From positions 320,001 through 384,000 of the forward strand of contig CBDDEL010000013.1 in assembly GCA_965226885.1 (NCBI GenBank): a stretch of DNA of 64,000 nucleotides. The letters are read 5' to 3'. Origin of the DNA: Opitutales bacterium. GTDB lineage: Bacteria; Verrucomicrobiota; Verrucomicrobiia; Opitutales; UBA2987. The translations under genes were made by a program, and so were the position numbers. Within the stretch, counting starts at the first letter, position 1, and each line of letters begins with the position of its first letter. Below are positions 19,008 through 30,518 of the stretch, in pieces. A model generated the notes under the pieces. It was given only the letters and a program-made list of their open reading frames with translations. It was not told where the DNA came from and made no database searches.

Positions 19008-20030
19008 TTATTCGTTGGCCGCTTTTGAAGCTGGATCCGACGGTAGGTTTTGCCCCGGACTTTCTTTCGGTTCTTCAATCACCCCGATTTCTCGGTATTT
19101 ATGGTAGCGGTCTATTAGCAACGCTTTGGAAGTAAAGGCTCTTAATTCCTTAAGATGCCGGGATATCGCTTCGCGAACATTTTCAGCGGCCAGTTCGGTG
19201 TCGCGATGAGCGCCCCCGAAGGGTTCCGTGATGATTTCATCGGCCACGCCCAGGCGGTAGAGGTCAGTGGCGCCGATTTTCATCGCTTCGGCTGCTTTGG
19301 AGGCATGCGATCGGTCTTTCCATAGGATCGCGGCCGAGGCTTCTGGAGAAGCCACCGAATAGTAAGCGAATTGGAGGATGAGAATGCGATCAGCTACCCC
19401 TATGCCGATGGCTCCACCGGAGCCGCCCTCCCCAATTACAATGGCAATGATCGGAACCGGTAGTTGGCTCATATCCATCAAATTTGTCGCAATGGCTTCT
19501 GCCACGTGGCATTCTTCGGCCTTGATGCCCGGGTAGGCGCCGGGTGTATCGATGAATGAAATCAGCGGCAGATTGAATTTTCCCGCCGTTTTCATGAGGC
19601 GGTTGGCCTTGCGGTATCCCTGGGGCTGGGGCATGCCGAAATTGCGCCGCAAATTTTCCTTGGTTCCCCGGCCTTTTTGCTGGGCCAGAAGCATGACCGC
19701 CTTACCCTCGAAAAAGGCCGTGCCGCCAATGAGGGCCTGATCGTCGCCCATTCGCCGGTCGCCGTGCAGCTCTTGAAAATCGTCAAAAATGGCATCGATA
19801 TAATCAAGCGAATAGGGCCTTTTGGGGTGGCGCGCCAATTGAACTTTTTGCCAGGCGGTGAGGTTGGCAAAAATTTCCCGCCGGGTGGCCTCGATTTTTT
19901 TTTCGATCGCCCCGATTTCTTTTCGAACATCCAATTTGTGTTTTTTGGATGTGTTATTGAGAGTAAACAGCTGCTCTTCGAGGTCGCGCAGCGGCTTTTC
20001 AAAATCAAGTGCATATTGCGGTTTATCCAT
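19008..20030 (-). CDS. accA: Acetyl-CoA carboxylase carboxyltransferase alpha subunit
   Basis: LDFEKP, ARHPKRP, ELHGDR, DTPGAYPG, GEGGSGGA. Confidence 0.96.
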   Translation of the reverse strand: MDKPQYALDFEKPLRDLEEQLFTLNNTSKKHKLDVRKEIGAIEKKIEATRREIFANLTAWQKVQLARHPKRPYSLDYIDAIFDDFQELHGDRRMGDDQALIGGTAFFEGKAVMLLAQQKGRGTKENLRRNFGMPQPQGYRKANRLMKTAGKFNLPLISFIDTPGAYPGIKAEECHVAEAIATNLMDMSQLPVPIIAIVIGEGGSGGAIGIGVADRILILQFAYYSVASPEASAAILWKDRSHASKAAEAMKIGATDLYRLGVADEIITEPFGGAHRDTELAAENVREAISRHLKELRAFTSKALLIDRYHKYREIGVIEEPKESPGQNLPSDPASKAANE

Positions 20031-20150
20031 TAATTAATTAATTAACAGTTGAGATTATGATATCACGACCAGACCCCGTCAATGTCCCTTCGTCTTGGCC
20101 GAGGCCGAGAATCCAATCCTTTTAACTCATTGATAATTAAAAGTATGTAT

Positions 20151-20507
20151 TCAAGAAGATTTTTCGTTCGGAGGATTTTTCAGTTCGTCTTTCCAACTAA
20201 GGGTGCGGGCCTTGGCCCCAAATTTTTCTGCTTTTTCCTTGTTGCCTCGTTCCATCCAGATTCTGGATAAACTGGTATTAATATGTATGTCCTGGGGGCA
20301 AATGGCAAGGGCTTTTTCTGCGGCCTCAAGGGCCTCGTCGAGGTGGCGCAAGGAGAAGCAAACTTCTGCCAGGGCATGCCAGGCGGCAAAAGATTGCGGG
20401 TCCTGGCCCACAGCTTGGTGAAGCTTCTGCAGGGCAATTTCGTTTTCTCCTAGAGTGAAGTCCAGGGTTGCCTCTTCCACTATATTTTGAATTTCGCTCC
20501 GATTCAT
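20151..20507 (-). CDS. Small TPR protein
   Basis: TPR pattern AWHALAEV..ALEAAEKALAICP. Confidence 0.8.
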   Translation of the reverse strand: MNRSEIQNIVEEATLDFTLGENEIALQKLHQAVGQDPQSFAAWHALAEVCFSLRHLDEALEAAEKALAICPQDIHINTSLSRIWMERGNKEKAEKFGAKARTLSWKDELKNPPNEKSS

Positions 20508-20923
20508 GACTATCGAGTAGTCAGAAAGGATGGAGCAGGTCTTTAAAGGGGCAACCTAAATCCCCGCTTCCCGGCAAGTCATTTTAATAATTTTCCGCCA
20601 ACTTCTGGCGGAATCGCCGGGTTGGTGATTATTGGGCGTGGTAGCTGAAATACTGGCAGTAGGAACTTTTGAACCAATAATCGGCTACTTCCTCATTCGT
20701 CACCGAACTTTGAGAGCGCGCTGTAATTTTCTGCGCAGGCAGCGAATCGCTTCAATTTGCGTGCTTTTTGATTCGCTCTCAATTTCTCGGGATAAACGAT
20801 TTTTCATGGGTAGCCTGGATTTCGTTTTAGTGGACGTTAAATGCCTTATTTCGTAGTAAAATATTACGTCCTAAATGTAAAAAAATGAAGATTTTCGCAC
20901 TAATTTTACATTTTTTTTACAAA

Positions 20924-20965
20924 CAGCTTTTCGATTTCCACCCCCAGCTTTTCGATTTCCACCCC
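20924..20965. repeat. Perfect 21-bp tandem duplication
   Basis: CAGCTTTTCGATTTCCACCCC x2, intergenic. Confidence 0.9.
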
Positions 20966-21066
20966 CTTTTACCCTCTTGAATATGTTATTCCCCAATCGG
21001 AATGTCTGGCTAGGTACTATGCCTCTTATGAGGCGTATCAGGGGTCGATGTTTGTATAAAATGGTT

Positions 21067-22247
21067 TGACGTGTACTGGATTTGTTGGACACGGGATTCT
21101 CTTATATTCATTGTTTATTGATTAGTGTGTCAGGCGGCTTGTTTTGGTAAAGGGTTTTGTTTTCTCGTTGCCCCCCATGGGGGGCAAATATTTTCCTCGA
21201 ATTGGACTGGGCTTTGGTAACTCAGAGAGGAATGTTTGCGATATCGGTTGTAGAAGATTTCCACGTATTCGAAGACAGTTGATCGCAGTTCGCGCTCGTC
21301 GGCAAAGTGGCGGCCTCGAATCGTGCTGGTCTTGAAGCGGCCGTAGAACGATTCCATGGCCGCGGCTTTGAGGGCCTTGCCAACCAGCCTCGCGTCGTTG
21401 TGGTTGGAAACGCTCCAGCCCAGCAGGCGTCGGCTGAACAGGTCCATCACCGTGGCCAAGTACATCCAACCGGCCAGGGTCCGTAGGTAGGTCGTGTCCG
21501 CCACCCAGACCTCGTCGATATGGGTCGGCTGGCCATGCTTTTTAAGCACATTGGGGCTGTAACCATAGGGATGGTTACTGTTGGTTTTTAATGGCTTAAA
21601 GCGTTTACTCTGGGTGCTTTTGATTCCCATTTCACGCATCAGACGCAGAGCCCGGTCACGGCCGCAATCGATGCCCTCATCATCCTTCAGATGGCGGTGC
21701 ATTGGCCGATGCCCATAGCGGCCCTTGGCCTCTTTGTGTACCTTCAGGATCGCCCCCTTGATTCCCTCGTCCTCGATCCGCCGGGCCGAGGGCGCTCGGT
21801 GCCTCCAGCAGTAATAGCCACTGCGACAAATCCCCATCGCCGAGCATATTTCCTCGATCTTGAAGCGCCCCTCGTTGTCTTTGACAAACTGGTACTTCAT
21901 TGTTCGTCCTTGGCAAAGTAGCCCACCGTTTTTTTTAGTATCTGGTTGATCCGCTCCGAGCGGCGCAGCTCTTTGCGAAGACGATCTATCTCGGCCGCCA
22001 TCTCCTTCGGACTGCTCTGTCGCTTTGAGGTGGCTTCGCCCTGCTGATCGTCCAGATAGAGCCTCTTCCACCTATACAATTGGTTGGTGTTGACCCCAAG
22101 TTTGGTCGATACCTCGGTGGCGCTCAGACCATCGAGTATCATCAGTTGAACTGCCTCATTTTTGAACTCTATACTAAAGCGTCTTCTTCCCATGCTTCGA
22201 TTCTCCATTTAGGAGAATCTCGTGTCCACTTTTTCCAGTGCACATCA
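21067..22247 (-). mobile_element. IS3-family element with an internal deletion in orfB
   Basis: IRs TGACGTGTACTGG..TGGACAC / TGATGTGCACTGG..TGGACAC; orfA HTH (21897..22208) overlaps orfB by ATGA; orfB jumps from ALKAAA to MESFYG; flanks not duplicated. Confidence 0.88.
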
Positions 22248-23449
22248 TTTCCAGTCCAGCAGGTACCCTTCAACGCTTTCTCCCAAAAACAGGGTGTTGC
22301 CGAACTCGACCTCTTGGCCCGCTTTACCTCGCACAATCACCTGCCCATCGAGTTCGTAAACACTCAAGACTTTCTCTGCGTTTTTCACCTGGCGGCCGCC
22401 AATGATCCGCTCGTGCGCCTGTTTGATGACCACCGGGATTTGCTCGCTCATGCGCTCCATCCGGGCGAGGATCTGTTGGACCTGTTTTTCGCTGTAATCG
22501 CTTTGCTCCCAGCAGGCTTGCAATAATTCCCGGTGACTGCGGGCATGCTCCCCGATCCGTTTGAGCAGCTTTTTCATCTGCCTCAAGATACCCTTGCGCT
22601 GCCGCGCGCTGTCCTTTCGCCGCCGGCTGTGGGTCATCTGTATGCACAGCCGATTCATCTGCCGAGCCAAGGGCTCCGGTTCGATCGGCATGCGATGGCG
22701 CACACCGGCCTTCTCGCGGATCAGCCGGATCGCTTTGAGCAACGTGCCGGCTACATCCTTGAGTAATACCCAGTCCGTCGGCCAATGAATGTTAGCCTCC
22801 AAACAGGTGCCGTCGATCAGGCAAATGGTGGTGTCAATCGGCTTGTCCAATCCCACCTGCCGGGCCAGAAGGGCATCGCCCACCACCTCAGTCAAGGTCC
22901 GGTGCAAGGCCCTCAACTGCTCTTCGCTGAAAAACTTCGAGGCCCGCTCCAGGGTGCTTTTGGAGATGCCCCTGATGCCATCGATCTGCCGGACACGGCA
23001 AAAGTCGGCCAACAGATCGCTGCTGCCCAGAGCCCGCGACAAATGCCGAAACGAAATCCCTCCGAGCAGACGGCCCAGCGTATCCATGCGCAGTGCCTTG
23101 ATGGCAAAACTGGCCCGCTGCCGCCGGGCCTTTAGACCCATTGGCGGCCACCCCTCCAAGGCCAGCTCAATGGCCTGCGATTCCACCTCCGAGTCGATCA
23201 GCAGCCGATCGATTCGATCAATGGTGGCGCGGAAGTTATCGTAATCGAGGCACCGGTCGACCACAGTTAAAGCTGGACGCAGGAGGCATTGGATGGCTAT
23301 ATTTTTCATAGAAAGGGCTATATTGATTTTCGCTAACTCAATTATAGAACCCTTTTTTGGCCGGATCGAGCAAAAACTTGCTCTTTCCGGCTCTTTTTAT
23401 CAACGTCATCCAGTTGACTATAAAATCTTTATATTTTTGGGACAGCCTC
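22248..23449 (-). mobile_element. ISNCY/IS5-like copy 2, 3' third removed at the IS3 junction
   Basis: Same sequence as the other copies from the 5' IR to ...YLLDWK, then abuts the IS3 IR. Confidence 0.93.
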
Positions 23450-23450
23450 T

Positions 23451-23482
23451 ATTTAGGGGTGCATAAATTTAGGGGTGCATAA
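23451..23482. repeat. Perfect 16-bp tandem duplication
   Basis: ATTTAGGGGTGCATAA x2 next to the IS end. Confidence 0.9.
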
Positions 23483-23531
23483 ATGCTGCCTACAATATGT
23501 CAGACTACGAGAGGAGGAAATTAATATAGCC

Positions 23532-24967
23532 ATGAAAGTATTCGATGCCATCAAGAAGAGACGAGCTATCAAACAATACGATGCCGACCACAAGCTCACC
23601 GAGCAGGAATTACGGGTAGTGTTAACATGACGAATGTTTGATATTGCTGTTGTATTCCCAGATGAACAAGCACAGGACACGAAAATGCATGACCAAAGAT
23701 TTGGAGAATGACAGCGTTTTGGCACATAGCGTGACAGAGACTGTCGCAAGGTATTGTTCCAGCGTTCGATATGGGCGGTTTGACCGGATTGTTTCCCGCT
23801 GGCGCTGTTGTGAGGGAAAACCTTGTCATAGCTCTCCCAGAAATCGCTTACGGTGGCACAGTTGCGATACGGTTGGGCGATGTTGTGATTCAACTGCCAG
23901 CACGTTTGATCGCTACGATCACCCAGGGCAAAGCCGACGACCTGTCAGGTACGTCGGCACAAGGCTACCCATAGCCATACCTACCCCGAACGCTTATCGC
24001 CCCAGAATGACCACACCTCGTCCAGCTCCAGCACATCATTACACTGGCGAGCAAGCAGGGTGGAGTCCAGCATCGGCAAACTCAGGACTTTTTTTTAATC
24101 CATTCAATGACCGTCTTTGGGGCTACCCCGAAGGTACGGTAAATGGCACGCAGGCTCATCCGGTTTTGGTGCGCACGGAGCACTTGCTCGACCAATGCCG
24201 GGGGATGCTCACGACTTTTAGGGTGAAGCCGAAACTGATAACCACACCTCTTGCATCGATACTTCTGAACCCCTTTCGGATCCTTGCCGTGCTTGATGAT
24301 GTGATCGCTTCCGCATTGAGGACATTTTACTGTGATATGGACCATTCCCAGTTCACAACATAATCACGCTAAAAAGTACAGCTTAAACATTCAAAATGTT
24401 AACACTACCGAATTACGCACCCTGCTTTCTGCAGCCGCGTTGGCGCCAACGTCCTTCAATATCCAGAACAGGCACTTCGTTGCGGTTGTGGACCAGGAGC
24501 GCAAGAACCAGCTTCAGGCGGCCGCCTGGGGGCAGGAGCAAGTGCGAGATGCATCGGTCGGCGTGGTATTGACGGGTGACCTGAAGGCTCACGAGAGAAC
24601 TGATCGCTTCCTTCGCAATGTCCCATCTCCCATTCGTGAAGAATTCGAACCGATGATTGGGAAGTTTTACGAAGGGAACGACCAACTTTTACGCGATGAA
24701 GCCTGTCGCTCCGTAGGTTTGGCGGCGATGGCCCTCATGCTCTCAGCACGGGCGCTCGGCTACGACTCGTGTCCTATGATTGGGTTCGAACCCAATCAGG
24801 TGTCCGAGGTGGTTGGCCTGGATGAGGACCATCCACCGCTCATGCTCGTGGTGATTGGCAAGGGGACCAAGCCGGCTTGGTCCCGCTTCGGTCTTCTCAA
24901 TCTTGAAGAACTGGTCTCGGTGGACCGTGTCGGTGCCTATTCCATGACCGGAGAGGTCGATGAATAG
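23532..24967 (+). pseudogene. Nitroreductase interrupted by IS1
   Basis: MKVFDAIKKRRAIKQYD..EQELR rejoins TLLSAAALAPTSFNIQ in frame after removing the IS and one TSD copy. Confidence 0.9.
23615..24409 (-). mobile_element. Second, divergent IS1-family element (insB degraded)
   Basis: IR GGTAGTGTTAACAT, 8-bp TSD GAATTACG, zinc-ribbon InsA at 24082..24345, broken InsB with TAHIERWNNTLRQ. Confidence 0.9.
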
Positions 24968-25044
24968 GTTCCTCAACAACGGGAGATCGGAAGGGCGTGC
25001 GTGCCGTTGAACGATCATCCGTTATGTTTCACTAGGAGAACACG

Positions 25045-25160
25045 ATGGAATTTTCATGGGTTTATGATCACGGTGAAGTAGATTTGGATGAGCTATCTGA
25101 GTTGTATCGGATTGCTCCACTGGGAGAAAAATCGCCAGAAGACCTGACAATAGTATTTTC
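25045..25160 (+). pseudogene. 5' fragment of probable GNAT acetyltransferase
   Basis: RBS AGGAG then MEFSWVYDHGEVDLDELSELYRIAPLGEKSPEDLTIVF, cut by IS1. Confidence 0.55.
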
Positions 25161-25962
25161 GGTAGTGTATTAAGTAGGAATGGTGGCTAATTCTTGATTA
25201 TATTGATGAATGAAAAGTCTCAGACAGGTTTCATGCATACTCTTAAGCTTGGAAAAGGAGAGGGTTTTGCGTGTGAAACGACCCAGTCGTTGGCGCAGGG
25301 TATTGTTCCATCGTTCCACATGGGCCGTTTCACCGGTTTCTTTTCCCACGGAGCGGTTATGAGGAAAGACTTCATCATAAGTGCTCCAAAAGTCGCTGTA
25401 GGTGGCACATCTTTTGTAGGCCCGTGGCAGACGCTCGTAAAGTTCCCGGCAACGATACCAATCCCGAGGCCCAATGGCATAGGAGAGGATTTGACGGGTG
25501 CGTCGGCAAAGAGCGATCCAAACCCATTGGGCATCGCTCTTGCGCCCCACAAAAGACCACAGTTCGTCCAGTTCAATGACATCATGGCGGCGGGCCGCAA
25601 GAATCGTGCTTTTGAGCGGTCGCAGCGATTGTCGTTTTTTTTAACCAACTCAAAACGGTGTTGGGACTCACCCCGAAGGCGCGCTGTAAACCGCGTAGAC
25701 TGCTGCGTTCCTGATAGACTCGAAGGATCATTTCTTTTTGCTCTTCGGTGTATTTCACTGTGGGGTTTTCGCGGCTTTGTTTACCACAATCATGGCAGCG
25801 GTAGCGCTGTTTATGGTTGGGCGTCTTGCCAAATTTAATGATATTTTCACTTCCACAGTGCCGACAATTAATAATTTTAGTAACCATGCACTAAGAATAA
25901 ACTGCCTAACGCTATTTGTACAGCTAAAAATACAAAATAACATTCTTTTTTTATACACTACC
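25161..25962 (-). mobile_element. IS1-family element (802 bp)
   Basis: GGTAGTGTA IRs, insA/insB with an A-run frameshift site; flanks differ, which suggests an adjacent deletion or rearrangement. Confidence 0.95.
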
Positions 25963-26497
25963 CGGGTTTGTGCCCGCAAACGAGAACCGGCATGCGAAAA
26001 GCCCTACCGTATTCCGCCATAAACCGCCCGCGCCGGCCGTAGCCGAGAACCCCGAGCGTCTTGCCCGAAAGTTGGTGCCCCCGGTAGGGACCCGATTCCC
26101 AATGACCCGACCTCCCCGAGTCGAAGGCCCAAGGTAACCGGCGAATCACTCCCAGAAGCAATGCCCAGGCCATCTCCGCGGTGGACGTGATCTCATTGAG
26201 CAAATCTTTGTCCTCCCTTAACGAAAACACCGTTATGCCCGCCGCCTTAGCCGCCGAGAGGTCGATGTGGTCCGTTCCGGTTGTCGGGGTCGCAATCAGT
26301 TTCAATCGCTTCGCGCTGGAAATCACTTCAGCGTCGCTGTTTACCCCCAACGGGGTCAGGAACCCGTCGAAATGCTCAATCGTCTCCCGCAACAACTCCT
26401 GGCACGGGGCCGAGTACGTAACTTCGCAGCTCAACTCCAGAAGGTTCAACGCCTCCGGAGCTTTCGTGAGATCAATCATGCTGAGAATCTTTTTCAT
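25963..26497 (-). pseudogene. D-2-hydroxyacid dehydrogenase (SerA-like), 3' truncated by IS1
   Basis: TGTDHIDL, STAEMAWALLL, LSGKTLGVLGYG, then the IS1 IR. Confidence 0.85.
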
Positions 26498-26514
26498 CTT
26501 TTTGCCATTAGTGG

Positions 26515-28000
26515 TTAAATCTTCTCGAACCCAAAGGCATGCAATCGGGCGGATCCATAAAGCCAAAACCGCAGCCGAATGCGCTCCTCCTCTATGTCAG
26601 CGAGTCGGCTCTTACGCCAAGCAACAGGCGCACGAACCGAGTCGTAGTGCATATCCCGGCAATCCTCGCGGCTAAATCCGGACAGCGCTTCGTCACGCGA
26701 TTCATGCAGGATCTCGACTTCAATCCAGCTTCGATTCTGCTGGACCTCGGAAGCATTGATTACCAGCTGAACCTCCCGGTCCGTGATATCAATGGGCGCG
26801 GTAACGGCACATCCCGGGGTCTCCCGGTCGGGAGTCTCCAAACAGGTAAACCGGTCGAGCCGAAGCGTCGCCAAGCCCATCCGTGACATCCGCACCGAGC
26901 CCACATTTTTCAGATACGAGCTATCCGGCATGTTATGGCTGCTCGGCCAGCTGGTCCATTCGTGGCCTTGCCCGCCCTTGCCCGCAGTAGAAAAAATAGA
27001 GGGTGTCATCCTTTACGATCAGCTTGTCCGTAATAACCAGAAACCCATCGTCCCATTCACCGCGACGGCCCCGGCTGATCAGCTTCTGATGCGGCTGGAC
27101 CCTCTGGAAATGTTCACCGTCCTGACTAATCGCCAGGCGGATGTCGGCATGGTAGGTTCCATATTTGCCGTAACCATCGGGGACGTACCATCCATATTCG
27201 TAAGGCATGACATACTGCCCTGCATAGGGTGCCAGCATGAGGAAATGGTTTTCGTCCTCGGTTTCCGGCGAAAGGACCGGATTCCCGGCAGCTTCTCTCG
27301 TAAAGTGTTCGAGATCGGGGCCGAAGGCCAGGTATTTGGTGCGCACGACCGGAGGCCCCGGCTTGTTGGGCGGTTCAAGATTTTGCCAGACAAGCTTGAA
27401 GCGTCTCTCGGGATCCGGGTCAACGTCATCGAGAACCAGTGCAACGAGGTCGCCCCAGGGCCCGTCCCAACCCGGAATGACAACTGGCTCGCCAATGGTC
27501 CAATGAATACCGTCCGGCGAATAACCTGCCAGGTGATCTCGTGAAAACCCGGGGCGTGGAGTCCGCACCGGTGGCCGTTGGGTGGTGAGAATCTTGTAGC
27601 GCTTTTCCTCATCCGGCTCAGACGGGTCTTTGACCACTCTGCCGAGGGACATCAGGCAAATATTGTTATCGGTGTTTCCATTGTACTCGAAGAGGCCGAG
27701 ATTCGGTTTTTCCCAATGGATGCCGTCTTCGCTGAATGCGTAGCCCAAGGCATGAAAACCCGTCTGTGCCACATCGGAGGCCCCGTACCAACACTTAAAC
27801 AGCTGCTCCTCTTCGTCGTAAATTACGTTCCCTTCCCAGGGAACTGCACGCAGTGAATCCCACTCATGGAGGTCGCCGAGCGGCAGCAGCGGATTATAGG
27901 GGTGTTTGACCGCTTCACAGACGCTCTGGACAATGCCGTTAAGATCCTGGATATCTTCGAGGTCGAGAAAGACGGTTTTGGTTCCGCAATCAGTATTCAT
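26515..28000 (-). pseudogene. Glycoside-hydrolase-like beta-propeller protein, frameshifted
   Basis: SEDGIHWEKP, SPDGIHW, SQDGEHF Asp-box-like repeats; removing the 10-bp duplication CCTTGCCCGC (26966-26985) restores FYCGQGHEWTSWP. Confidence 0.8.
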
Positions 28001-28052
28001 AATAAATCGCTGCCCTCAGTGATTAGTGCCGGATTTTCCTTTTGCTAACAAT

Positions 28053-29576
28053 TTAATCGATCCAGAAGGAATACAATTTCGCATTTTTCAATTCAAAACG
28101 GAACCGCAGGGAACGCCCTTTCGCCAAATCCATGAGGCTAGCAGTGTCCCACTCCACCACAGCATCGAGGGTATCCTCGCTAATGGGCTTCGACTCGCCA
28201 CCAGGAAAGGGTTTACCCTCCCCATCACAGACAATCACTCGCACAGTCCCAAATCGGGACTGGGTGTTCACGTGCAGGCGCCCATCGGGAATAACGAGTT
28301 CTGGTGTATCCGCGTAGCCACCGTCAAAGCTTGCCGCGAGGTGGACAAAGCGATCGCGCTTCAACGTTGCCATACCGATCCCCGACCACAGGGGTCCAGT
28401 ATCCGCTCCCTCGAAGAGTTTACCGCAAACTGGATGACGCCATGTCCGCCCACCGTAGTAAATCCGGATTTCGTCATCGACCATTACCGGCGATGAGGCC
28501 AACGACTGGTTAAACCGGTCCCACGTGCCAACGTCACCCAAGGGTATAAAAGCCTCACGATTCCCCACCCTCTGCCAGCTCACCGCGTCACGGCTCACCG
28601 CAAGCTGAATATCGAGCGTGTTGTCTCCCGGGAAAGCATGGTACATTTGGATGAGGCCGATATAGAGGCCCTCGTAAGGAAAAACCGCCATGCTGTAGAT
28701 TTCATCTCCCGGACGGTCATCAATGTCCGCATACATGACGATTTCGCCCGGCGTCCAATGGACGAAATCCTTGCTCGTGTAGAGCCGGACGGCCCTGCCC
28801 CAAAATTCCTTACGATACCATTCTGTGTCGCGGAATTTCGCGTGTACCTCTTCAGGGAGGAAAAAATCCCGGGCGAAAATCAGGTACTGCTTACGGTATG
28901 GATCCCAGGTCAAGTGGCTGAGATCCCCGATGGCGGGTATGAAAAATGAATCGCACTCCCCCCATTGAATGCCGTCCGGCGAATAGGCCACGCCGGCGGC
29001 CCGCTTTTGCGTCGGCAGATACAGCGCATCGGATATCATTTTTCTATAATGGCTGACTAGATCGCTATTTCCGCGGCGCTCCAAATCGGCGAAAACTGCC
29101 CCATGGTTAGAGAAAATCTCCTCTAGGTAAGGTGACGGCTCCCCCCGCTTCTTCGTTTTGAAGAGCATCTTGTAACGCCGCCCGGGATCGTCTTCCTCGC
29201 AATCACGCAAGACGGTGAACATCTCTGCGAAATTATCGATGAATCTGGATCCAAAAACAACCTGAGGATTCCCCCCGCCGGGCGGTGTCAGGGAGCTTTG
29301 CGGGTTGCGCCATGTGATTCCGTCATCGCTTACCACATGGTTGACATCGGAGGTTGAGCGATCGCGGTCAGAGGAGGCGTACCACATGTCGTAACCTGAG
29401 GTTTCATTGGGAATCACGGTTCCGAAAATCGAAGGGTGTTTGTCCGCATCAGTCGCTTTGATGAGCGGGTTATCGGGGTGCTTCCCGGCTGGGTCGATCC
29501 CACGATCGATATTACGGGTTGTCGCCAGGACATAGTCGTCGAGGAATAGTTGGCGTTCTTTTCCAATCTGGATCAT
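28053..29576 (-). CDS. Glycoside-hydrolase-like beta-propeller protein (paralog of its neighbour)
   Basis: RQLFLDD, repeated S.DG..W boxes, GMATLKRDRF, AKLYSF C-terminus. Confidence 0.75.
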   Translation of the reverse strand: MIQIGKERQLFLDDYVLATTRNIDRGIDPAGKHPDNPLIKATDADKHPSIFGTVIPNETSGYDMWYASSDRDRSTSDVNHVVSDDGITWRNPQSSLTPPGGGNPQVVFGSRFIDNFAEMFTVLRDCEEDDPGRRYKMLFKTKKRGEPSPYLEEIFSNHGAVFADLERRGNSDLVSHYRKMISDALYLPTQKRAAGVAYSPDGIQWGECDSFFIPAIGDLSHLTWDPYRKQYLIFARDFFLPEEVHAKFRDTEWYRKEFWGRAVRLYTSKDFVHWTPGEIVMYADIDDRPGDEIYSMAVFPYEGLYIGLIQMYHAFPGDNTLDIQLAVSRDAVSWQRVGNREAFIPLGDVGTWDRFNQSLASSPVMVDDEIRIYYGGRTWRHPVCGKLFEGADTGPLWSGIGMATLKRDRFVHLAASFDGGYADTPELVIPDGRLHVNTQSRFGTVRVIVCDGEGKPFPGGESKPISEDTLDAVVEWDTASLMDLAKGRSLRFRFELKNAKLYSFWID

Positions 29577-29669
29577 ATTGCAATTAGCTAAGAAATAAGT
29601 GAGAAGCGGGTTTAATCAATAAGTTGGGCTCATCATCAGGAGTTTATCTCCCTAACACAATGAATTATT

Positions 29670-30518
29670 ATGTCTAAGAAGAAGTTAGTTAAGGTTCGAG
29701 TAGGCGCGGTGCAAATGATTCCGACCCCCGGTGACGTGAAGGGGAATGTCGAAAAAGCCCTGAGGTACTGTGACAAGGCGGCCAGCAGAGGGGTAAAGAT
29801 TTTGTGTTTTCCGGAATGTGCGAGCACGGGATGGGAAAGCGGTTGGCTAAATGAAAAAGCTTGTCGGAGCAAGTTCTACGGGGAGCCTGTTCCGGGCCCA
29901 ATGGTGGACCTATTCAGCGCAAAGGCGGCGGAGACGGACATGTATATCATTTTCGGTATGGTGGAAAAACCACTCCGCTCGCAAAAAATCTATAACACAG
30001 CGTTTATTACGGGACCAAATGAGGGGTATATCGGGAAGCAGCGAAAAGTATATCCCGAACCGGTCTTCGAGGGCGCGACCGAGGTCAATGTTTTCCAAAC
30101 GCGCTACGGCAAGATCGGGATTTTTATCTGTCGGGATCAACGCTCTCCCGAATTGTCGAGATTATTGGCCTTAAAAGGCGCAAATCTGTTCTGTCAGCCG
30201 ACCTATTATTCAATACCTGGCGGCAAGGATATAAAGCGCCGGTATGCCGGCAAGTGCGCTTCCCAGCGATCCCGGGCGATGGAAAACGGGCTCCATCTGG
30301 TCGTGGCCAACGGCGGCAGCCCGCACTTTGTGAACAACAGCCGGATAATCGGTCCCGACTGGCAGGGTCCGGAACCGGTCTTGGCGCGCGCCACGCACAA
30401 AGAGCAACTTCTCGTCGCCGAAATCGAGTATGATTTGAATTTCAGTAAAGCAAGGGAGTGGGCCGCGCAAGCGCCCTGGTTATACAGGGAGTTAGGACGG
30501 GAATTCCTCAAGCTATGA
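29670..30518 (+). CDS. Carbon-nitrogen hydrolase (nitrilase family)
   Basis: FPE, RK and ICRD (Glu-Lys-Cys triad). Confidence 0.9.
   Translation: MSKKKLVKVRVGAVQMIPTPGDVKGNVEKALRYCDKAASRGVKILCFPECASTGWESGWLNEKACRSKFYGEPVPGPMVDLFSAKAAETDMYIIFGMVEKPLRSQKIYNTAFITGPNEGYIGKQRKVYPEPVFEGATEVNVFQTRYGKIGIFICRDQRSPELSRLLALKGANLFCQPTYYSIPGGKDIKRRYAGKCASQRSRAMENGLHLVVANGGSPHFVNNSRIIGPDWQGPEPVLARATHKEQLLVAEIEYDLNFSKAREWAAQAPWLYRELGREFLKL

Noticed and set aside
20628..20807. Possible small frameshifted gene on the minus strand (MKNRLSREIE...TNEEVADYWF)
   Set aside because: Needs an assumed indel and I cannot assign a family
20924..23482. 21-bp and 16-bp repeats as CRISPR repeats or iterons
   Set aside because: Two adjacent units each, no spacers, no cas or rep genes
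24332..24967. 211-aa ORF as a complete nitroreductase
   Set aside because: Its N-terminus is IS sequence; the true start is 23532
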